Of a stretch of DNA of 54,353 bases, positions 24,429 through 34,112 are shown in pieces. The stretch is from Mizuhopecten yessoensis (taxonomy: Eukaryota). Below the pieces are notes generated by a model. The model ran no database searches, was not told the origin of the DNA, and saw nothing but the letters and a program-made list of their open reading frames with translations. Position 1 is the first letter of the stretch, and every line of letters begins with the position of its first letter. Location of the stretch: positions 398,174 through 452,526 of the forward strand of contig NW_018408800.1 in NCBI RefSeq assembly GCF_002113885.1, in the 5' to 3' direction. Made by a program: the position numbers and the translations under genes.

Positions 24429-24472
24429 GCATCACCGAAAACTCCTAGAAGGACGAAACAGCTGTATGATGC
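24429..24472 (+). ncRNA. Degenerate minimal type I hammerhead ribozyme (Penelope-like element relic)
   Basis: Stem I GCATCA/TGATGC; core CCGAAAA (consensus CTGANGA); stem II cTCC-tagaa-GGAC; GAAA; palindromic CAGCTG; GTA cleavage triplet. Confidence 0.65.
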
Positions 24473-25225
24473 AGTGAAATTCATATTTTGGCACTGTGCT
24501 ATTTCCAAATTTTGATGCGAGTATCTAGATTTACACATAGTGATGAAAACTGTGAGTATCTGATGATAAACAATCGCTGAGGGAAACTGTGGTCTCAGAA
24601 ATCCAACATATGCTGAGGGAAACTGGTATTAGAATATGCCGAGGGAAACTGTGATATCTGAAAATTGAAATACAATGTGAATACATTTGATGGAAACACA
24701 CAGAATACCACGGGCTTTAGGTATTAATGGTGCTCACAAATTAATATGGGATCAAACGTAACCCAATGGACTGGGCTATAAATTATTATCAGACCTAGGC
24801 ATCATATTGTACACAAAGAATACCAGGAAACCTGACGTATTGGAAAATCCATGAAACATTTAATCAGTCTTCCTTACTTCACGAAACATTTGATCATACT
24901 GCATATCAATTGATATTACAACTCTTAAAAAAAAAAAAATGTATTCAACAAAACAAAAGAATTTCCACTGTAATAACTTTAGAATGTAATTCTCCGTTTA
25001 TTTAAGAATACACTGTATAAAGGATTAACAATGCTTTTCTGATCCAGAAGAAAGTTGCAAATAAAGTTTGTTAAGGGTGTAATAACGTCCTCGCAACAGT
25101 CAGTGCCATTTGAGGACAGTGCATGTGTTCGTTAATTATACCTTTTTTACAGCTTTCAGAACCGGAAGTAGCCAGAGAAGTATGATAATCAACTTGTAAA
25201 TCGATTATATGCAAAGAGAAAAAGG

Positions 25226-28021
25226 TTATTTGAGGCAGTTAATTTTCTCACTAAGATGTCGAATGATATCCACCTTGCCATTGGTATAGCCGACCCACAA
25301 ATTACCTTGACTGTCCACAGCCAGAGAGGTTGGCCGAGTACATTCGTTATACAGAGTACCAAGTAACCGACCTTCAGCATCCAACACCAGCACCGCCTTC
25401 CGGTTATACTCAGCAATGATTATATTGTTACTTGAGTCGAAACACGCATCTACAGGAATGAACCTGTTGTCGCAATTAGAACCGGAAGTTGTAGATACGG
25501 AAGTGGTCATTTCCCGAGGAGAAGCGGAAGAAGATATATCAGGAATATTAGCTGCCGTGTATGTGTTTGTTCCGTCAAATAGGAACCGAATATTAAGGTC
25601 TTTATCTACTACAGCAATAGAAGATGGACCCTGTCGATTTATGATGACAACGTCGTCATTATTTTCGTTGACTCTGACTTTCCAAGGATTGCCAACGGTA
25701 GCTCTGTCGCGCCCTTTGCCGTCCAGACAACCAAGTACATCCCCCGTCGAGTCAAGTAGTACTACTTTGGATGTGAGATAATGACAGACGACTATGTTAC
25801 CGCTACTCAACTGACACAAACTGGTCAAATCCTCGTCCGTTTCGAACTTGACCACAGATTTGTCAACTGCCAACATCTGCCTAACGACGCTGTCTGTGCA
25901 CGTGACAAGAATTCCATCGCTGCGGTCAACGGATATGTCCACCACAGCGCGTGGAAAACCAGACGTTTGTACCACCTTGCCGGACCTAGAAACCATTTTT
26001 ATTGCCCGAAACACGTGTTTACCTTTCTGTCGTGCAATCCACGCGCACTCACCTGCTGACAGAGGACAAATTGAAATGACTTCATCTCCACCTTTTACCT
26101 TAAACGTGTGTAGTACGTCGAGTATATCGTGTGAGTCCGTATGAGCAGGTTGACTGGGAATGGGCGAACATCTGCCCTCCTCGCTATCAACATCTGTACT
26201 ATTTTTATGCAAGCCTTCCCGCTCATAGCTGCCGTCTCGATTTTCAGTAGTAATGATTTGAGGCTCTACATGCACAACCTCCACTTTTTGTTTCATCGCT
26301 TCGGTGTCTTTCACATGTGTAATTACATTTACGTTTGAATATTCCTCGGAAGCACCATTGTCTGATTTCCCCCGAGTTTCAACAAATTCCTGAGTTGCTT
26401 CGATGCCTGTATCCTTCATCACTTGTATTGCAGGCACTGATTGGGATAATGCTTTTGATAAGCCGTTGTCTTTTGCTTTTCTGTCAACGTCTTCTGGCAC
26501 GTCAGATCGACTTGTCTGTTTAAGGCTAGACACAGACTGTGGTTTATCATCAAAATAATTCTGTCCATGAGAAGTTGATACGACGATTGGTATTGGCGCT
26601 TCCTTCACTGGTTTATCTATTGTTTCAGATGACAGGGAATCTTCGTGATCCGACCTGATTTCCTTGTCTATCACAGAAGATTCGCTGCCTTGAACGTCAT
26701 CTTTTGAATCTGCATCTCCAATCAATGAAGAGCGTTCCTCTTTGTCTTTCACATTACCCTCTTTAGCTAAAGAAACGATTTCCTCCGCGTCTTTCAACTT
26801 CAGAACACTACTCGATTTTGAAGAAGCAGCATCTTCATAACTACTGGCATATGAATATCTGGATTTTTCTGACGCCAACTCATCTTCTGTATCTTGCATA
26901 ACTCTTCCATCTTCCTCCCTTTCAAGAACTTGGGAGGTGTCGGTCACATCTAGATCTTCCTCTACAAAATCATCCGCAATTGACTTCTCGGATCCTGCAA
27001 CCGATTCATTGTCCTTTTCAGAAGAATGTTTTGCACTCGATTCGGGTTCGACGTCATCAGAAGAAGGCACAAGTTTAACGGTCGATGCGTCGTTTTGTTC
27101 CTCAAGTTTTGCAATTTCCAGACCAGATGCAGTTTCATCATGTGTTGAAATAACTTCACTTTGGATAGATGCTTTATCAGATGTATTGTCATCTTGTACT
27201 GCCCCTGATTGTGGTGATATGTCTTGGTCCTCCTTGTTGGAGGACGTCGCGTTTGCAATTATTTCATCTTTATTACCAGAGTCTGTTATTACTTCTTCGA
27301 CTCCATCGTCAACTTCTTCTGAATCACCATGATCACTCTTTGCACTGGCTTCACTTTGAACGAAGCTTTTCTCTGAATTAATATCTCCATGAACTGAGAC
27401 AGATTTCGGAGTTGTTCCATGTTCAGAATCAAGAAGTGAAGCTATGTCGGAGTTATCGCCCATATCCACGTCCGGTTGAGGCGCTTTGTCTGTTATACTA
27501 TCGCTATCGGGAACAGGTATGTCTCTGCTGCACATTTTACCGAAGAAATCTTTCAGTTCAGTTGTTGCAGTTTGGACTGGTTCAAAGAAATCTTCACTGA
27601 GTTCAATACTTGGGAGATTCGTGTGGTTTAAAAGTTCGTCTAGGGACTTAATGATACCCTTCACTTCTTGAAGGTTATCAGAATTACAAACTTGTCCGCA
27701 TCGAACAGATTCAGCTTTCAGTTTTAACAAGTATGTAGAATATTCTTTCTCTATCGTTCTGATATGCTTTGTTCTTGTGGCTTTCAGTTCGTGGTATTTT
27801 GCTTCGAATTCTGATACGAGTGCATCCATCTGTTGCTTAAGGTGACATCCTCTGTCTCTGATCTTGTCCACCTCCTGCTGAAGGATTGTTGGGTTCTCGT
27901 TCCTCATCAGCTGATCATGAAGGAAGCTGATTTTGTTCTGCACATCCTCCGTCTTTTCGTCTACCTCCGTCATAAAGACATCAGTTAAAGTTTTACGATT
28001 GTACTCCAACACTTCATCCAT
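25226..28021 (-). CDS. Intronless 931-aa coiled-coil + acidic disordered linker + NHL-type beta-propeller protein (TRIM2/3-NHL-like, no RING/B-box)
   Basis: Long ORF with an N-terminal helical coiled coil. C-terminal NHL-like blades (PVDACFDSSNNIIIAEY, RPTSLAVDSQGNLWVG). In-frame stops lie just upstream of the ATG, and an AATAAA on - is at 24997-25002. Confidence 0.85.
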   Translation of the reverse strand: MDEVLEYNRKTLTDVFMTEVDEKTEDVQNKISFLHDQLMRNENPTILQQEVDKIRDRGCHLKQQMDALVSEFEAKYHELKATRTKHIRTIEKEYSTYLLKLKAESVRCGQVCNSDNLQEVKGIIKSLDELLNHTNLPSIELSEDFFEPVQTATTELKDFFGKMCSRDIPVPDSDSITDKAPQPDVDMGDNSDIASLLDSEHGTTPKSVSVHGDINSEKSFVQSEASAKSDHGDSEEVDDGVEEVITDSGNKDEIIANATSSNKEDQDISPQSGAVQDDNTSDKASIQSEVISTHDETASGLEIAKLEEQNDASTVKLVPSSDDVEPESSAKHSSEKDNESVAGSEKSIADDFVEEDLDVTDTSQVLEREEDGRVMQDTEDELASEKSRYSYASSYEDAASSKSSSVLKLKDAEEIVSLAKEGNVKDKEERSSLIGDADSKDDVQGSESSVIDKEIRSDHEDSLSSETIDKPVKEAPIPIVVSTSHGQNYFDDKPQSVSSLKQTSRSDVPEDVDRKAKDNGLSKALSQSVPAIQVMKDTGIEATQEFVETRGKSDNGASEEYSNVNVITHVKDTEAMKQKVEVVHVEPQIITTENRDGSYEREGLHKNSTDVDSEEGRCSPIPSQPAHTDSHDILDVLHTFKVKGGDEVISICPLSAGECAWIARQKGKHVFRAIKMVSRSGKVVQTSGFPRAVVDISVDRSDGILVTCTDSVVRQMLAVDKSVVKFETDEDLTSLCQLSSGNIVVCHYLTSKVVLLDSTGDVLGCLDGKGRDRATVGNPWKVRVNENNDDVVIINRQGPSSIAVVDKDLNIRFLFDGTNTYTAANIPDISSSASPREMTTSVSTTSGSNCDNRFIPVDACFDSSNNIIIAEYNRKAVLVLDAEGRLLGTLYNECTRPTSLAVDSQGNLWVGYTNGKVDIIRHLSEKINCLK

Positions 28022-28729
28022 AGCGAATATCTCTCTAAATCTTCACTATAACACAAACCACTTTATATCAACTCCAAATACACACTCAATCCTTATAAAA
28101 GAGAATCTGCACCAACGTAGACACACGGTTTTCAAAAGACGAACAGATGTGGCCGCTTCCTCAGTCATTGAAGTACTGGCAATAATGTCACATTTACAGC
28201 CCTGCTGCTCATTTGATATTTACTTTTTATCTGCACGATACAAACATCGCGGAACACTGTACATATACGGCACGCGATCGATAGGTCAGCAGCAGTATCG
28301 GGGCGTGTATAACGTAACGATCGAGGTCGGCACTTGGAAGATCCGGAATTAATAATGCATCCCAGCCGACTTGTACGGCAATAACAGGTAGAGTGATAGT
28401 TGAATCGTCAAGGTGGGGTACGGTTGTGTATTGTTGTGTAATGCATTAACACAGCTGATAATCAAATGTTTTACTGCTATATGTATACCTGTACATAGGT
28501 GTCTGCTGACATACTGTCGGGGACTGTACTGACCTCCCAGTGGTATTAAGCGTCAGACCGACAGGTGGCAGGGATCGTCAAAGTTGATGAATGAAAATGA
28601 TCAAACTAGACATATGTTCATGACTTTATTACAGATTACTATGTCTTACTCATTATTTACTGCATCGATAATAAGTGTACTAGACGAAGTGTTTGGGTTT
28701 TGAAGAAAGCGCACCCAAATCGTGACTAT

Positions 28730-30215
28730 ATTTGACCACGGGTTATTATACTGACTACGATCACCTTTACTTGGGTGAATATACGAAACTATGGGAAATA
28801 CAATTTGACTACGGGTTATTACCTGACTACTGACTACGAGCTATTATACTTGACTACTGACTACGAGCTATTATATTTGACTACATGACTACTAGTTATT
28901 ATACTCGACTACGTTACTACGAGTTATTATACTTGACTACGGGCTATTATACTTGACTATGTGACTACGAGCTATTATAATTGACTACGTGACTACGAGT
29001 TATTATACTCGACTACGTGACTACGAGTTATTATACTTGACTACGGGCTAATATATTTGACCACGTGACTACAAGTTATTATACTTCACTACGAACTATT
29101 ATACTTGACTAGTGACTACGAGTTATTATACTTGACTACTTGACTACGAATTATTATATTTAACTACGTGACAACGAGTTATTATACTTGATTACGTGAC
29201 TACGACTTAATATACTTGACTTCGAGTTATTATTTTTGACTACGAGTAATTATACTTGGCTACGTGGCTACGAGTTATTATAAATGACCACGTAACTACG
29301 AGTTATAATACTTGACTACGTGACTACGAGCTATTATACTTGACTACGTGGCTACGAGTTATTATACTTGACAATTTGAATACGAGTTATCATACTTGAC
29401 TACGTGACAACGAGTTATAATACTTGACTACGTGGCTACGAGTTATTATACTTGGCAATTTGACTACGAGATATTATACTTGACTACGTGACTACGAGTT
29501 ATTATAATTGACCACGTAACTACGAGTTATTATACTTGACTACGTGACTACGAGTTATAATACTTGACTACGTGGCTACGAGTTATTATACTTGACAATT
29601 TGACTACGAGATATTATACTTGACTTCGTGGTTACGAGTTATTATAATTGACCACGTAACTACGAGTTATTATACTAGACTACGTGACTACGAGCTATTA
29701 TACTTGACTACGTGACTACGAGTTATAAGACTTGACTACGTGGCTACGAGTTATTATACTTGACAATTTGACTACGAGATATTATACTTGACTACGTGAC
29801 TACGAGTTATTATACTTGACAATTTGACTACGAGTTATTATACTTGACTACGAGTTATTATACTTGACTACGAGTTATTATACTTGGCTTCGTGGTTACG
29901 AGTTATTATAATTGACCACGTAACTACGAGTTATTATACTAGACTACGTGACTACGAGCTATTATACTTGACTACGTGACTACGAGTTATAATACTTGAC
30001 TACGTGGCTACGAGTTATTATACTTGACTACTTGACTACGAGTTATTATACTTGACTACGTGACTAAGAGTTATTATACCTGACTACGTGACTACGAGTG
30101 ATTATACTTGACTACGAGCTATTATACTTGACTACGAGCTATTATACTTTACTACGTGACTACGAGTTATTATACTTGACTACGTGACTACGAGTTATTA
30201 TACTTGACTACGGGT
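28730..30215. repeat. Satellite with mixed 21/29-bp units GACTACGAGTTATTATACTT(GACTACGT)
   Basis: Dozens of visible tandem copies. Confidence 0.95.
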
Positions 30216-30280
30216 GTCTTGACTTGACTACTGGTGGATATACGTAAGAACGGGTGACTTTATTTGACTACGGATGTCTT

Positions 30281-30815
30281 TACTTGACAATGGGTAAACA
30301 TATGAAACTACAGGTAAGTATCCTTGACAATGGGTGAACATATGAAACTACAGGTAAGTATATTTGACAATGGGTGAACATATGAAACTACAGGTATGTA
30401 TACTTGACAATGGGTGAACATATGAAACTACAGGTAAGTATACTGGACAATGGGTGAACATATAAAACTACAGGTAAATATACTTGACAATGGGTGAACA
30501 TATAAAACTACAGGTAAGTATACTTGACAATGGGTGAACACATGAAACTACAGGTAAGTATACTTGACATCGAGTGAACATATGAAACTACAGGTAAGTA
30601 TACTTGACAATGGGTGAACATATAAAACTACAGGTAAATATAATTGACAATGGGTGAACATATGAAACTACAGGTAAGTATACTTGACAATGGGTGAATA
30701 CATGAAACTACAGGTACGTATACTTGACATCGAGTGAACATATGAAACTACAGGTAAGTATACTGGACAATGGGTGAACATATGAAACTACAGGTTAGTA
30801 TACTTGACATCCGGT
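30281..30815. repeat. 40-bp tandem repeat (~13 units) TACTTGACAATGGGTGAACATATGAAACTACAGGTAAGTA
   Basis: tatgaaacta at 30301, 30341, 30381 and onward. Confidence 0.95.
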
Positions 30816-30828
30816 GACCACTGTATAA

Positions 30829-30975
30829 TACTTGACTACGAGTGACTTTACTTGACTATGAGTGACTTTACTTGACTATGAGTGACTAGACTATGAGTGA
30901 CTTCACTTGACTATGAGTGACTTTACTTGACTATGAGTGACTTTACTTGACTATGAGTGACTATATGTGACTACG
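30829..30975. repeat. 20-bp tandem repeat TACTTGACTATGAGTGACTT
   Basis: About 7 tandem copies. Confidence 0.9.
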
Positions 30976-31387
30976 GATGAATTGCTGGAATGGAAGTTAC
31001 AATACTGACTACCGGTGACATTGCTTGATTACGTGTAACTAGGACTATACTTGTCAAATGATTACTATAGTCATGACTGGTACTGTATGTGACTAAGGTT
31101 GACTATATAGATACAGTCCGTATACTTTACATGTGTAGATATACAATGTATGTATATATGAGCCTCCAATGATGGGGTTTTCCCAGGTTATATTATCCCA
31201 CAGGGATATTGTGTTATTGTAACAATTTAACAGGTTTTGTCGTTAACTAACTCGCCTTCGGTTTTGCTCATCTAAATAGCCATTAACTATATAGAAAGTA
31301 TAAGTTTACTATAAATTAATGACATTTACATGTTTTACTACAAGAATGAAAATTACTTCTGCTGAGCACAATATCTGTGATTGAAAA

Positions 31388-31606
31388 CACAGGGATCTGA
31401 GCATTTGTTACAGCTATATTTGGACCTAAACTAAGGTAAGTAATTTTACATGTTTTAGGGGTTTAGATCGACTTTCGGTAAAAATGACACCTCAATATTA
31501 TTATTTTTTACCGAAAGTCGATCTAAACCCTTAAATCATGTAAAAATACTCTTAACACCTTAGTTTAGGTCCAAATATAGCTGTAACAAGTTATCAGGTC
31601 CCTGTG
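31388..31606. mobile_element. CACAGGGA-family foldback MITE, copy 1
   Basis: Termini CACAGGGA...TCCCTGTG with ~100-bp inverted arms. Confidence 0.88.
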
Positions 31607-32050
31607 ATTAAAACTAGTCTTGTAAAGAAAAAAATGACAGACTCAGTGTAATATCATAAGCTTATTGGCCTTTCAGGAGGTCAAACAAGAGGTCGAAGGG
31701 GCATGTTTCGCCCTTGAAGAAAACCCTTATTTCCGCAATCGGGCCCGCCACTCCGCCCCAGGTTGAGAGGACACTCCCTTTCACTATAGACTTAATGACA
31801 ATATAAACCGATTTCATGAAATGTGACTTAATATCAATTCATTTAACAATGGAAAGAACAAAGCTTTGGAGTTATACTCTGAATGATCCTCGTACTACTG
31901 GTAACAACCAACTGCATTTTTCAGGATCGACGATATAGCTTGGATGAATCATTTTCGAAATAATACCATACCTTGCGGGACTTTCATGAAATAGATATAT
32001 AAATATGAAATAGATAAATTGTAATCAACAACAGTACGTGTTTTGAGTAT

Positions 32051-32292
32051 GAAAATTCAGCGGGGCTAGAGCGGGATTGGAACTCAGGACCTTAGTATGT
32101 TCTACTATCGCCCTTACCGACTGAGCTTTCGAACACTGGACCTTAGTATGTTCAACTATCGCCCTTACCGACTGAGCTTTCGAACAATGGACCTTAGTAT
32201 GTTCTACTATCGCCCTTACCGACTGAGCTTTGGATCTCTAGACCTTTGTATGTTCTACTATCGCCCTTACCGACTGAGCTTCCAGGTCAACG
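32051..32292 (-). repeat. tRNA-derived SINE head with 51-bp unit amplified 4 times
   Basis: Reverse complement reads AGCTCAGTCGGTAAGGGC...GTTCGAA per unit; the last unit ends GTTCCAATCCCG..TTTT. Confidence 0.8.
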
Positions 32293-33145
32293 AGAATGTC
32301 ATCGCCCAGCTTTGCTACAGCTTTTTCCTAAACGAAATTAAATGGAGGCTACTTTATATAAAAAAAACGCATTACAGCGAGACATGGATCCTTAAACATA
32401 GATTCCAAAAATAATCGTCAGGTTATATTTTCTGTTATAATAGCAGTATCCGGTGCGAATCTGTTCAAAGATTTATGTAAGATAAAACAACAAAAACCGA
32501 GTTCGGCTTTCCGTATTAATGTGTGTCATTTGTGTCGATTACAAGTCTTGTCTTTAACGTGTCAACTTAAAGTCTCCTTTTCCTCTGAACCCTTTCTGCC
32601 ATACACGTTCTTATGATATTTTTAAAGATCAACAGTCGGTAAGAGAACACTAGGATAGGATGCTAAAGTAAAAGTAGCGTTAATATCAAGCGGACAGTGC
32701 TCATAAGAATACATTTACCGTCGTATGACATTGCCACTTTATAACCCTACCCCACATTTAGATCTCATTCATACAGGCTATGAATGCCTAGAAAAGATTG
32801 TTGACATCATCATTATTATGACGCCATTTTGATACTTATGTTGGATACTACTGACTCGCCTTAGACAGACTGCTGGCCCCGGAATATCTGTTCTATTCAT
32901 TAAACAAGCATATATACGATCAATTACTTATTTGAGCTAAATGCTGAATAATAGTATTTGTAATTAGTGGGTTTTTTTAGGGAGAGGCGGAGGGGGAGGG
33001 GGGGGATTCAAAACCTGGTAAACCTAACTAGTTTGCTTTCAGTTGGCATTCATAGGCTCCCAATGCTCAAACATAACTAACTCGAAATCCAATACAGTTC
33101 CAAGATATTTTCACTTTATTTGAGATTTGAATAAAACAAATTCAT

Positions 33146-34112
33146 TCAATTAAACTTCGGGACTTCGGATAGCCGGTACATGAAAAACCAGCTTTGGTAG
33201 GCGGAACTGTAATTACACGGCAAAGCTTGCGCCATTTGCTCATTAAAGTGGACTTCCGATATCGCACCTGTCACGTGGCTCACACACAACGTCTGCGCAC
33301 TGTCATGGAATTCAAACATGAGAGCTCCCGTTTTAGAGGTCGGAGAGGTCGTCTGAAATTTCCACTTTCCCGGGATCACATTTTTAGTTTCATCACACTT
33401 TCTCCTTTTCAGGAAATGTGTGGAATCCGAAATAAATACACAATAATCATCAAACTTAAATTCGCCTTTCTCTGAAAACGTAAAAGAGTTTTCAGGTATT
33501 ATTCTATATTTAAAACATGCATATGTTATCCCAATGTAATGATCATCTAGGACAGCAAGACAGGCTAAAGTTTTCCCGTTGGTTATCTCCCCATAGAAGG
33601 CGGCGTCGATAGGGGGAACCTTCTGTTCCGGAAGTACGTTTTTAAGGTACCAGTGGAATGGTTTACAGTGCAATGACTTAAGAAAGTTTTTCTGTGACAT
33701 AATAGCATTGTTGTCTATTTGGGGGAAATTCTGCGTTCGTCCAGCAGTAACTCTATAGAAGGTATCTTTATATTCATCCAGCCATATTTCCGCTACCCTC
33801 ATCAGATTTTTCAGTATGACTGTATCTCGATCGGCGCCACCAAAACTGTAACTCTGGACGCCTAATTTAAACAGATGTCCCACTTTGGAACATGGAACTG
33901 TCAACACTCTCCCAGCACACAACCAGTTTTTGAATGACAAATCAAAGTGTTCCCCTCCCCAAATGTCAAGTCCCTCGTCGAAGCCCCCGATCCGAAAGAA
34001 GTGGTCCCTTCGTACGGCGATGGCGTTACCCACCAGCACGGGGGTAACAAATGGTTCCGTTTTAGACTTCAATGCTTGTTCAACGAAGCCCGGTACTTCG
34101 AACCACGCATAC
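33146..34112 (-). CDS. GALNT: GALNT copy 1 exon 3 (Gal/GalNAc-T motif + ricin-like lectin)
   Basis: tttcag| acceptor; DIWGGEHFDLSFKNW, PCSKVGH; stop TGA. Confidence 0.92.

Noticed and set aside
25416-27671. Multiple + strand ORFs opposite the NHL gene, and similar ones opposite GALNT exons
   Set aside because: Antisense shadows of real coding sequence, with no independent motifs.
28730-30975. CRISPR-like regular repeats
   Set aside because: Units are contiguous with no unique spacers, there are no cas genes, and the context is eukaryotic. This is a satellite.
32051-32292. Functional tRNA gene cluster
   Set aside because: No acceptor-stem pairing or canonical anticodon loop, and internal units lack a complete T arm. 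SINE-derived.
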